A stretch of 63,999 nucleotides of DNA, the filler included, from Piptocephalis cylindrospora (taxonomy: Eukaryota), in assembly GCA_003614145.1 (NCBI GenBank). It is 8 parts of 8 records of this genome, joined end to end, with 100 filler letters (N's around TTAATTAATTAA, not from the genome) between each part and the next. Parts side by side here need not be neighbours in the genome. Positions count along the whole stretch, not along the records: positions 40,968 to 48,996 come from KZ988174.1; positions 49,097 to 57,106 come from KZ988175.1; positions 57,207 to 63,999 come from KZ988252.1; 5 more parts are not named here. The stretch is one strand, 5' to 3'. The stretch's first letter is position 1. Every line of letters begins with the position of its first letter. Positions 48,578-62,315 of the stretch are shown one piece after another. Position numbers and translations under genes: made by a program. The notes beneath the pieces are model-generated. The model had not been told where the DNA came from and ran no database searches. It saw only the letters and a list, made by a program, of their open reading frames with translations.

Positions 48578-51166
48578 GGTCCTGCCTCGCCCCACCCATC
48601 CAGCCTCACCCCCCCCTTAAAAAAGGCACATATCGCCTGCTAAATTCTGGTTAATATTTACACACTTTTGGGCAGTGCTGTCCTCTTGTAACAAACGGGA
48701 CACATCGGAGCCACTGGGTGTATGGGGATCGGTGTTTAGTCCTCCATCCTCTCACCGCCGCTCATCATGCCCAATGGCAGACTCAAGTTCCTTGAGTAGC
48801 ACAGTTCTTGGCACAGCCTAGAGTGTCGTTCATGATGGGAGAGGTGGTCCTAAAGACTCGTGCCATCCCAGCGCCACCAACGCGTCCGAGCCTAGCCCTT
48901 CCTCTCTCCCTCTCCCCCCCTCCTCCTCCCCTCCCCCCCCCTCCCTCCCCATTCCCTCCTCTTCCTCCCCCGCCGTAGGGCCGGCCCCCCCGCGCCNNNN
49001 NNNNNNNNNNNNNNNNNNNNNNNNNNNNNNNNNNNNNNNNTTAATTAATTAANNNNNNNNNNNNNNNNNNNNNNNNNNNNNNNNNNNNNNNNNNNNTGGC
49101 GGAGCGCACGTCCGTACCTGTTCAAGGGATGGGAGGGCCAGGTTGGATTGTTTTGGGTCTGGATTTGGGTTTGAGTTTGGATTGATGGTTTGGGTTTTAG
49201 GGTGGGTGGGCAGGTACGCGTGAATGTAGATACGTGTATGTAGATGTGTATGTGAATGTAGAAGTGTATATGGGAAAAGCTCTTCCTTTGACCTGCGCCA
49301 ACGCCTTGACTCACTGGGAAAGGGTGTGGCTGAGACATAATGGACAAGTCCTGCACTATTGGGCCTACGTGATTGATGGAGCAATATTTTACGGATATTG
49401 GATGGGGAGAATCCGGTTATTGGGCCGTTATAGAGGGGTGATGGTGGGGACCAGGTTCTTTCCACACACACTGCGAATGGATGAGTTTCTGTAGGGAGAG
49501 GGAGACAGAACATGTCTCACCATGTAGGCGAGGGAGACATGGGAGATGTCTAATGAAGATCGCGCATCCCCTCCCCGTTCTTCAACAGCACCGTGCACAC
49601 CTCTCTACACACATACAAGGGGCTGGGTGGGAAAGATGTGTATGTATATATGTGTGTGTGCTTGTCTCTCATTTGCATTCATCCCCTTCTCTCTCTTTCT
49701 GTACATATGTGTGAAGGAGGGGAGGGAGGGCTTTTTGAATCCCCTCCCCCCCACTACTCTCCTCTCATCGTCCCTTCTCTAACCTTGGGCGGTTGGTCAA
49801 TCAATCCATCGTTGTGCTGCCCCTCTCACTCCCCATATGTGGTGAACAACGGAGGCTACTTGTATGTATGTATGTGTGTGTGTGTGTGTGTGTTGTACCT
49901 TGAAGCAGACCTATTAGCAGCCCTTTTTTCCGTAGCAGCCAGGACCAATACAGTCATGCATAGAACCGGGCTTTCGAGGTGGGGGGATTTGGATAGGGGT
50001 TGAAGGACCCCCCCCCATTTCCTGTACGACAGGGTCCATACAATACACACACGCACACAGAAGAGGGGGGATACAGTAAATGAGGTCGTCCCATTTACCT
50101 CGTTTATGTGGCCTAGAGAGACGATGTCTATTCCCATCCAGAGGATAGGGGAGAGAGAGAGAGAGAGAAGGATCGCCTTCTCTTATCCAACACAGTGTCC
50201 GGATACGATCCCCACTGCATCATGTGGGGAGCCAGAGGGGAGTATGTGTGCATCATGTTCTTTTTCAGGAAAGGAATCAAGAACAAGTCCCAGAGATCCA
50301 TGAGCAAGTTACCTATACTTTACCTTCTCATCCATCTGTGTATGCTGCCTACTCTAGGAAAACCTCCCTCTGGGTCTCTCTTTTGACCTTCCCCTCCAAG
50401 ACCGTCCCTCCCAGTCCCAAGGGACCCATACATTAAGCGGATGAGCAGGGGCCAATGGCGTGGATCGGAGTTGGGGGTTTAGGGGAAGTGCGTGACCTCT
50501 CGCCAATCGGAGGATGTCGGGGGAGGAAAGAGAGTTTTGGAGGTGGGTGGCGGAGTAGGAAAGAGGGTCTAGTACGGTGGATATCGGAGAAGGAAAGATG
50601 GACGGGGGTCGTGAGCATTGAAGATTGAACAGAGACTGTTTTTGTGGGAGGCAAAGATGGCATTGTGACGAAGTGGTGATGGGATAAGGGTGTGATGGCG
50701 TGCGGATAGGAGAATGAAGAGGATGATTGCGAAGAGGGCTCCTTCACTTCCCTTTCCCATTCGACCATCTTGCTTTGTCCTACTTGGAATTTCCATTCAT
50801 GGGCATCCTCTGCTCATGGGCTGCAGTGGGGGGTGCATGGCTGGGTCGTCCTTCTTGAACGCTACCAGAGGTCAACGGGAGAGTTGCAAATGGCTTTGAC
50901 GGGGTCAAGCCCAGGGGGAGATGAGGATGGGGGATGCACAACATGCTTCTTTGGGATGGGCGATGGCCCGTGACTTTGGCTGCCCTGGAAGCAGCCCATT
51001 AGCCATGTATGTAGAGGGATAGGGGGAAGAACAAGGCGATTCGTATGAAGTCAATCAGAATTCTTCATGAGGCCTATTCCATTGAGCCTACGTATCTCCC
51101 TTTCTCACTGACATTGCGAATCGACCTATTTCTCCCCTTGATATCACGCTTCTACTATTCTCTTAT

Positions 51167-52087
51167 TCAATTGGGTCGGAACTTGTCCTTCCAGCCCCGA
51201 AGGGTGGCCATGACAGCTTGAGGGCTATCCCCACCAGTGACTTTGACCAAGGCTGGCTCTCTATCCATGGTGCCAAGGAGAGTCGGGAGAAATGTGTGAG
51301 CTGTGTTGCTTCCCTCACCCCTCCCTGCCTAGTAACTACTAGACTGCACATACCGGGTACGCATAAAGGGATTTACGGCCTTTTCAACACCGATGGTTCC
51401 AGGGACCGTACAGGCAAGCTGAGAGACCCGATCGTACGTGGAGCGAAGGACAGCATTGTCAGGATCGACGGACAGGGCAAAGGCCAGATTGGCGCGAGTA
51501 TACTCATGTCCACACCACACCTCAGTGTGGTCCGGGAGGGGAGAGAGCTTGTCCATGGCCTCGAGCATCTGCTCGGCTGTTCCCTCAAAGAATCTGCCAC
51601 ACCCGCCGAGGAAGAGGGTATCCCCACTGAAGAGAGCTCCGGGAGCTGAGGGGTCAGCCGAGTCATACGCATAGTAGCACACCGATCCTTTGGTGTGGCA
51701 CGGAGTATGCAAGGCACGGACCGTGAGGCTCCCCACTTTGAATTCCTCATCGTCCTTGACCACATAATTGATCTCGGGGATCCGAGCGTCTGCCCCGTGA
51801 ACCAGGAGACCCGATCGTTTCTTGACCATTTCTGCATTTCCACCCGAGTGATCCCTATCATTGGCATGAGGGGCGGATGAGTGGGGACCCTTCATCCTTC
51901 ATCCCTACACCACGTACATGTGATGATGGGTGGTAATGATGGAGGTCAGTCGACATCCCATCTTGTTGACCACCTCCATGACATTATCCGGGTTCACCGG
52001 GTCCACCACAGCTGCCTCATTGGTCTTTTCATCCAAGAGAACATAGGCATAATTGTCCTGGAGACAGTGAACTGGGTAAACACGCAT
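51167..52087 (-). CDS. GLO2: Glyoxalase II (hydroxyacylglutathione hydrolase), 3 exons
   Basis: DNYAY, TTHHHMDHSGGN (across an intron), HTPCHTKG, FSGDTLFLGGCGRFFEG, CGHEYT, TVPGTIGVEK..NPFMR. Confidence 0.95.
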
Positions 52088-53464
52088 ATCTAGTAGGGGA
52101 AAGAGTCAATTAGGTGAGGGGGGAGGGGGGGGGGGGGGGAGACCCCTTTTTGCCCCCTTTTGTGGGGGAGAGGGAACGGGGGGAACGGGGGAAGGGAGGG
52201 GGGGGGGGGGGGGAGAGGGGAGGGCTAGGTGCCTGGACAAAGGAAAGGAGCGGGTAAAGAGAGGAAGAAGGAGGGGACGGGACATCGTCTGAAGGATGGT
52301 TTGTTTTACCTTCTCAAGTGATGACAGCAGTGAGTGCTACAAAGAGAGGGAGTGTCTGATAGGTGTTTGGGACCAAAGGACTCTGGTGTCAAGGAGGGGA
52401 AAAAGGATGGACTGCTTAGGTAAGACCTGTGTCTGAAAGGAAATTCAAGCGGAGAGAACGGGCCGTCGACCAAGACAAATCTGACCCAAGACTAAGGGTG
52501 AGTGGTGGACACATGCGCTCCCACCTCCCCTGACCTAGACACGACCTTCCTCAAGGAACAAAAAGTACGTCGCAAGGGAAAAGACCCTAAAACCCACTTC
52601 GCGCCTTCCTCAGCCCTGATGCTCTAGGGGGTGGCCGATCCATGTCTGCCCTTCTCTCTGGAATGGTCTGTGGAAACGAGGTCGAGCATCGGCATCAGTT
52701 TGCTGAAGGCGTCTTTTCAAGGGAGAGTACTAATCGGTCATTTAGGTAGAGCCAAGTGGCCTGATAAATTGGATCGTGGCTCTAGGGGCCAAGCCAGTGG
52801 TGGAGTTGGATTGACTGATGATAGGGGTGAACCGATTAAGAATAGAGACAACTTGATAGATATCTATTGTCAATAGCATGCTTCAGCCACAAGTAACCTG
52901 GACCTCCCCTTACGAACTACCCTTTCAACGCAGGATTCAAGGACAAGCAAGAACCGTCTTTATCCACTGAAGACCAGCCTACCTTGGGAAGAATGAGGCA
53001 TAGAGGCCTCCTCATGCCGAGATAGACACGTGTAGGAAAGCGTTCTCTCTTGGACCTCTTGGGCATAAAGGGCCACTCTAGGTCAATATATTCTTCAAGG
53101 ACCCAAGGCTCATTCAGGACAATGAACACTTGACAAGCGGAGTTTTCAGCAGATCGCGGATGTCATCTCCGCTTCATGTGGCATTGAATGGCCTACATCA
53201 GCTCTGCCAAGAAGGACGCTAGACATGGCTGGCTAACGACAATATAGATAAAAAAAAGAGCATTGCTCCATGCTCTCTCCCGAGGTTAATTATCTTGAGC
53301 TGGGTCAAGGCGCAACAGGTATTTAAACTGGGCGGTAATACATCAAGGCCTTCCCTCACCCTCACTACATCTCTTCTCGTCCCACACCACCTCACGTCCA
53401 GCCCTTAACCATTCCCCTTTCCTTTTCTTTCCCTTTCTACCCTTTTAACGAACGACACTCCATT

Positions 53465-54751
53465 ATGCGGTCCCCGGCTCTACTTGGTTTAACTACCAGC
53501 ACCTTTCTTCTCCTTGGGATGACCTGCATTCCAGGGGTCTTCAGCACCCCTAAGCCCCACATCTTAGACCAGCCCCTCAAGCATCCTCGGATCAGTGAGG
53601 CTGATAAAAAACAGCAGAGGAATGCGGTCAAGGGACTTATCCGTAGTCTGGGCCATTACCCACAATCCGATACTGCTTCTAAGGATGCACCACTTACTCT
53701 GGGTCAGGCGTTTGCCGAATTCTCTCATGCAATTTGGGACGTTCCTCCAAGCAAGGCTTGTATAGCTGCTGAAGAGCCTGATCGGTCTATCTCTCTCCAC
53801 ATCCAGAGCATTGGTACTAAGGTCATTCCTGCTGATGATTTCGCCTTATTAAAAACCGTTTGTACGCTCTATGCGTACCCTTCTGTCCCTACTCCCGGTA
53901 TCAGTCCCGCCCATCTCTATCTATCCCGGAATGCTCAGCAACGTCTTGTGTTCAACTACTGGTACCTTCTTTTCCCCCACGATTGCAACACCCCTCAGAA
54001 ATTGCGTGGATGCATCCATGGGAAATTTCCTTACCTCATGGAACTCTCCAAGCCTAAAACATCCAACCATTTTGACGAGAAGCTAGAGAGGTATGATGCT
54101 TTTCTCTATTCCATCACCCTTTCACAGGAAGCTTCAGCTTCCTTAAAGAAAGTCATCATGGCCTGGAATAAATTTAACAAGGGCATCATGTATGACGATT
54201 TAGTCAATCCCAGCCTCCTCGTCTCCCACTCTTACTCGTCCACCCAATCGACCAATGCACTAGAGACGCCTGCCACTCTCCAGGCTAATCTAAATGGTCG
54301 TGTCCTCCTAGGCCTTACCCCTGTTCAGGAACCTCTTGGTACGAAGCGCGTCAACAGGATGCAGGAACAATGCATTTGGTCCTACTTGAATCTTCGGAAG
54401 GCACTTAAGCCGCTCTACAATGCTCCTATTCCGGAAAAGCTTAACCCTAAGGAATCTACTTCCGGAGTTTTTCATTTCGTGAAAAATACTTTTGGATGGA
54501 CTGAGCATTCTGGTCGTAGCTTGTTAGACAATGTTACTCAGGAGGAACTGATTCAGTCCGCTCGGTCACATCTCCTTACTCCTTGGCAGATCCTCCTTTG
54601 GACTCATCGTACCCTTCATCCTAACCACCCTCCTCACCCTCATCACGATCATCCGCAATGGTCCCAGGCCCTTGAAGTCATGTGTCATGACAGTGAAAAG
54701 GGGTGTAATGAGGCCATTTCTAAGGCTTTCAAGGCGTCCTCATCACAGTAG
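53465..54751 (+). CDS. Orphan secreted protein, 428 aa, intronless
   Basis: Long ORF with a hydrophobic N-terminal signal (MRSPALLGLTTSTFLLLGMTCIPGVFS); TATTTAAA at about 53320; no family recognised. Confidence 0.75.
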   Translation: MRSPALLGLTTSTFLLLGMTCIPGVFSTPKPHILDQPLKHPRISEADKKQQRNAVKGLIRSLGHYPQSDTASKDAPLTLGQAFAEFSHAIWDVPPSKACIAAEEPDRSISLHIQSIGTKVIPADDFALLKTVCTLYAYPSVPTPGISPAHLYLSRNAQQRLVFNYWYLLFPHDCNTPQKLRGCIHGKFPYLMELSKPKTSNHFDEKLERYDAFLYSITLSQEASASLKKVIMAWNKFNKGIMYDDLVNPSLLVSHSYSSTQSTNALETPATLQANLNGRVLLGLTPVQEPLGTKRVNRMQEQCIWSYLNLRKALKPLYNAPIPEKLNPKESTSGVFHFVKNTFGWTEHSGRSLLDNVTQEELIQSARSHLLTPWQILLWTHRTLHPNHPPHPHHDHPQWSQALEVMCHDSEKGCNEAISKAFKASSSQ

Positions 54752-55755
54752 GGGACGAAGTGGATCAATAGAAAGGGAGCCAACTTTGCAATGTGAAATC
54801 TTTTGGAGAGGTACCTGGGCTCATCCCTCATCCGTACGTGTAATTTTCAGGTTTAAGAGCAGGCAAAGTTTGGGTGGTTACTTGAACTCCATACAATGAC
54901 ACTAGGCAAAATTCGGCAGCATCTCTTCTTGTCCCATATATAGCCTTCCACATATTCCCCAATGATCTCTCGCTCATCTTTCGCCCCAAACCCCATAAGA
55001 TCCTAAATCTCCTTCATCCAAACATTATCTTTCTTTAGAGTACGGTTTTTTTTGCTGTCGTGGAGGTTTTGGTGGAGTCAAGCAGCCATCAAGGCACTCC
55101 AAACACTGCCACATAAACGAGTGCTACGAAAAGTCATTGATTCTTGAGCCACTTCATTTATACTCGTCACTTGACCATAGCCTTAGCTACTAATGCACGA
55201 TACATTGTATAGGCTATTCAGATGAGACTTGTGGGGAATTAAGCATCAAGCCTTCCTCCACTCCATCATTTCGATAATGATGGTATGAAGCGAGGTATGG
55301 TATGAAACGAGATATGGTTTGGTGAAAGCGCCTATGATAGAAAGCGGTATATGAAAGCGTGCCGTCAGGATAGAGGACACCGGGAGGGGTCGGGAGGGTC
55401 AGGATATACGGGAAAACAAGAAGGGGTGACTATGAGCCCATTAGGAAGATCCATACAGGTATCTCTCGAAAAGTCACCATGCCTCATAATTAGCGCGTTC
55501 TACTCATCCTGATATCGCCTAACACTGGATTCGGTGCCTTGTTTCGTATGTGCCGGTCGGGCCCCATAGCCCAAGAATCTCCACGGCAATACATCCTTTT
55601 ATTGATCCATGCTCTAATGCTATGGCTACGGTTAATGCTATGACTTCCATCTTGAGTGAATTATTCAGAGATATCCTCCATTCTGTAAAAAAGGGAATCA
55701 TCATCCCTTGACCATTCACATTTTTTCTGCTTTGCATGCCCAACCCATTCTTACA

Positions 55756-56596
55756 TTACACCCTGACCACTTCCCGATTTGATTTCAGCCACTGGAGATG
55801 CGGGAATAGCTAGCAAAGAAGAAGGTAAAGGGTTAGTACACGCTTAAAGAGTTCATTCTTCCTCCCTCTCTCCCCCTCTATTCCTTTCTCGCTTACTGTA
55901 GCCAAAGCTCGACCACGGATAAGACCAAATGGGACAGGGCCGTAGATGCGTGAGTCAATCGAGTTGGACATATTGTCACCCGCGATCCATACATGTCCCT
56001 GCGGTACCTGCACCCACTCCCTTTCGCCCTCCTCCTTGGTGGGATCAATGCAGACAACATCTCCTGGCTATGGAATGGATCAGTTAGCGTAGCACATACT
56101 CATACATTATCATCCCCCTCCCTCCCACCCTTCCTTACCATGCCCACCACTCGTTTACACACTCTATGATGCGGGGGAAGGGGGGAATTACAAACGATAA
56201 TATCCCCTTGTTCAATAGGGAAGAATCGAGGGGCCAATTTATTGACAATCATGGCGCTTCCAATATGGTCCAGAGTGGGAAGCATGGAGGGACCGTATGC
56301 CTGCGTTGGGATTGGATTCAGGTTAAATTTGAATCAGGCCAGCTTGTCCTGACTCTATTCCATCCAGCCAACTTACATGGCCCATCTCACAAACATGAGT
56401 ATTGATCAAATGGGAAAGACAGGCCAGTTGTAGCAAGATGGCTGCCGCTGACCCCACTTTTTCCAGTTTACTGCTGGGCTCTGGCCTGGGTGGGGCCGTA
56501 TGGGGTCTGGCTACGTACCGTCTACTGCTCCTTTCCAAGAAGGGAAGGCGTAGACGGGGGGGGTGTTGCACGGCGTACAGACCCAAGCCAAGACAT
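55756..56596 (-). CDS. IMP1: Mitochondrial inner membrane peptidase Imp1 (S26), multi-exon, apparent frameshift in a C8 run
   Basis: [15 protein letters not shown]....[48 protein letters not shown]. Confidence 0.88.
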
Positions 56597-58142
56597 GGTG
56601 AAGGTTACTTTGGTTGGCGAGCTGGAGAGGAGGGGATATCGTTGGATTGAATGGCGCTACCTCGAACGTCTGGTATGCGAGTTCCACAACTAAATGACAA
56701 CGTCTTCCCTGGGGAATGGCGGTGTTTCTAAAGGGTTGACAGCTTTGGTTAAGTATGCATGAAAAAGTGCCTTTTTCAACCTTTCCCACAGTTTGGCTCC
56801 TGGTACTGAAGGATGGGGACGGAGGACTCGTATATAACCAGCAGTCAAGGTGATCACATGCTGTACTCTCGATCATCGAATTAATTAGTTTAATGAATTA
56901 CATATGAGAGTGAATGCATATTCCTATACACAAGTAAATTATCAAACGATTCATCCTATATTGTTCAGGAGCTTGACTCGCTCGAATAAGTAGGTTGTTT
57001 TTCTACCCGGAATCTAACGAAAGTTCTGGGCGGGCTCAGGGACATTCCCAAGAATACTGTCTATCTCCTTCATCAGATCATCGGTAAGAAGCTTATAAAT
57101 CCCCAANNNNNNNNNNNNNNNNNNNNNNNNNNNNNNNNNNNNNNNNNNNNTTAATTAATTAANNNNNNNNNNNNNNNNNNNNNNNNNNNNNNNNNNNNNN
57201 NNNNNNTCAAAGGGCGCATATTGTAAAGGCTACTTGAGGAAGGGTGGGGAGGGGGGGGGGGAAGGGAGAAAAGATGCAGGGATGCACTGGGAGGGGGAAG
57301 GTGAGGTGAATGAATTGTTTTTCATCCATTGTACCAAGTGGGTGGAAGGTGAATGAAAGTTCACATACTTTAGGTGCCTGCTGGAGTCGTTTTGTGTGAG
57401 GGGACAGTGTCTCGCGGGTGTTTGTGGTCTATTGGCATAGGGAAAAAAAAGAAAAAAAGGTACTTTGCCGCATCATTATTCAAGCGATCGAAAGTATAGT
57501 ATCTTATGCTTGAAGGATGAATACATTACTTATGTAACGTGTTATACATTGTGTTCAAGAGGACTATCCGTCTACGATTAAATTACTGTTACTTGATGCT
57601 TTTGCATCCACTTCAAGTGGTGATAATGACAGACTCTCCCTCATTTCGATAGGAATAGGAAAGAGAGCGAGCTGGTCAATGCTGTACAACTCTAGATGCT
57701 ACATAGTCATAACGACTTGATAATGCTATGAATATTTAGGGTTTATCAGGCTTTCTTTAGTGGTTCAATGGCTTTATTAGATGAGGGCGGTAGATAATGG
57801 TTTATGAGCACTGTAGTAGTAGTAAACATTTACGAGCACTGTACTCTCCCTGGAAAAGAGGGTATCTACCATTTTTAGGACCCACGTATATAATTTCATG
57901 CGAATTTGTCGTTTTTCATTCTAATAGTCTTTGGTATGGCAGGTCTATTGTTGTGTATATGTGTGTGTGCACGTCTGTGTGGCACACATTCCAATAAGCC
58001 CCAATACCCCACAACCCACACAATACCTCATCCGGCCCCCACTCCCTCGCTACTGTACATCAAGCCCGCATCCACAGATCCCACTTGCCAGCTTGCCCAG
58101 CCTCCCTCCCTCTCTCTTAGGAACCGGCGTCTCAACTTCGAT

Positions 58143-59154
58143 ATGGTAAGCCCCCCCCCTCTATATCATCGGCCCAGAGGTGCCCATCCTTGCCTGTAGA
58201 TCCTTGGAGTATCTATTCGAAAGGTCCAGGAGGATAGTGAGGAAGGATATGGATGGATGGATGGGTGTATGAAACGGGTCATGAAGGCGATGGTGGATGG
58301 ATGGATGGATGACTTTCCGTGCTTAAGAAACGAGGATGGACAAGATGGAAGTATAGTATTGGATCCATCCATCCATCCATCTCCTAGGCAATAGGGACCA
58401 TTCTCTAAAGGAGGCTTTACTTGACCATCTTGGACGAGAAGCTTTCTTGGAAAAGTGTTACTAGGACCTAGGATAGGCATGAAGAGATAGCGATGAGTCA
58501 ATGGCAACCAGTAGACTAGGGCTAACTGACCAGATCGTGCCTCTATATTGGGGGATACTTTATCCCAATCTTCTTGCCAGAACCATGGAAGCTAGGCCTT
58601 GTTAGGTCTCAAGGACTGAGAGAGATCCTTTGTCCTTGAATGTATTTACCCTCACGCGCAACCCTTCTCACACACGACTAAACCCTCCCTCCTTCCTTCC
58701 TTCCTTCCTTTAGCCTACCCATCTTCACAAGAACCGCAAGAAGCGCGGACACGTCTCTGCCGGTCACGGTCGCGTTGGTAAGCACCGGAAGCATCCCGGA
58801 GGTCGTGGTCTTGCTGGTGGTCAGCATCATCACCGCATCAACTTTGACAAGTACCATCCCGGTTACTTCGGTAAGGTTGGTATGCGCCACTTCCATCTGA
58901 AGCGCAACGCCCTTCACCGCCCCATCGTCAACGTCAGCAAGCTCTGGAACCTCGTCACCGAGCAGCACCGTCTCAAGTACGCTGACAACAAGGAGGTCGT
59001 CCCCGTCATCGACACCCTCCGCGCCGGTTACGGCAAGGTTCTCGGCAAGGGTGGTCTCCCCGAGCAGCCCGTCATTGTCAAGGCCCGCTACGTCTCTCGC
59101 CGTGCCGAGGCCAAGATCAAGGCTACCGGTGGTGCCGTTGTCCTCACTGCTTAA
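58143..59154 (+). CDS. RPL28: 60S ribosomal protein uL15 (L27a/L28); exon 1 is the ATG only, then a 568-bp intron (58146-58713)
   Basis: ATG|GTAAG...[48 protein letters not shown]; strong codon bias. Confidence 0.97.
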
Positions 59155-59612
59155 ATCAACCTCATGAGTAGTGCATAGGGTTATTGGCTTGGAGGAGGAG
59201 GAAATAACACTTCTTCATCTTCCGATCACGGGTGATTGTGTCCCATATTTTCCCCCGGTCCGACCGGAGCATGATGTGAATGTTAATGGAATCTTCTTCT
59301 GTCTGAACATATGCTTGGAGAAATGCCGCAGCTTGGGAAATGTGTGATTAGTTATGCACTATTCGGTTACATTCTCTGCGAGGATAATGATCCGGAAGGG
59401 GGGTGGTTACCTTGAAGGGCAAGGTGAATGCTTGACACCACAACAATAATACCAACCACAACAACAACGGTAATCGTAGCGGCATGAGAAATGGGGCTCA
59501 TGGATCAAGGATATGCACCGTGGCCATATCTATATGGCGTGTTACAGAGCTTTGTTGGTCAGGATAGATGGGGTAAACGTGATGGTCCTCCTACTGGGGG
59601 AAGTTGATCTAA

Positions 59613-61653
<2,041 letters not shown>

Positions 61654-62093
61654 TTCTCCATGCAAAAAGGGAGAGGGGTGCTTGAAGCGGGAATGGGCGG
61701 GGATGATGCTATGGATAAACATTTCATTGTCATCTCATAAGTCTTTCTTTTAAACAGCAGTAGCAATTAAACCAAATCAGGGCAAAGAATAATTAGTTAT
61801 TAGCACCTTTAAAAAGTTCAAGTAAATATATTGTTTTATGTCTTGGTTATCATGGATGCAAACTATTGACACTCACGATTGTAATTTTCCCCGATACATT
61901 TCGTTATTTACTACTACTACGCTCACTCATTGTACATGAGATAATTAAGTGCAGCCTATACTTTAGTTCAATTGATAGATGTATGATTTACTGACTGGAC
62001 ATGACTATCTAAATCCTATGGTAAGTACCTTGCTTCGCCCTGTTCCGTTCACATGAAAATAACATATAATTCTGCAAAAAGTATAAAAGTATC

Positions 62094-62166
62094 GCCCGGC
62101 TAGCTCAATCGGTAGAGCGTGAGACTCTTAATCTCAAGGCTGCGGGTTCGACCCCCGCGTTGGGCT
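62094..62166 (+). tRNA. tRNA-Lys(CUU), no intron
   Basis: GCCCGGC/GTTGGGC acceptor stem, TGAGA-CTCTTAA-TCTCA anticodon arm, GGTTCGACCC T-loop. Upstream TATA-like elements and a downstream oligo-T Pol III terminator. Confidence 0.97.
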
Positions 62167-62315
62167 TACACTTTTTCCCCTAGTTCATGGAGGCCAGCTG
62201 CTTTTAAAAGCAATGCTTTTAGGTGGATCATTTGAAGAAGCAAAAATAGTAGAAGTATTACTCATGACACGAGAGTTCGTTTCATCTATTATTATCGCCT
62301 CCATCCTGTGCCGCT

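Noticed and set aside
49140..49210. Telomere-like GGTTT/TTAGGG-rich stretch
   Set aside because: Only one TTAGGG and irregular units; not a telomeric array.
8130..57206. Recurring TTAATTAATTAA flanked by Ns about every 8 kb, resembling a periodic element
   Set aside because: Artificial six-frame-stop linker joining size-sorted contigs.
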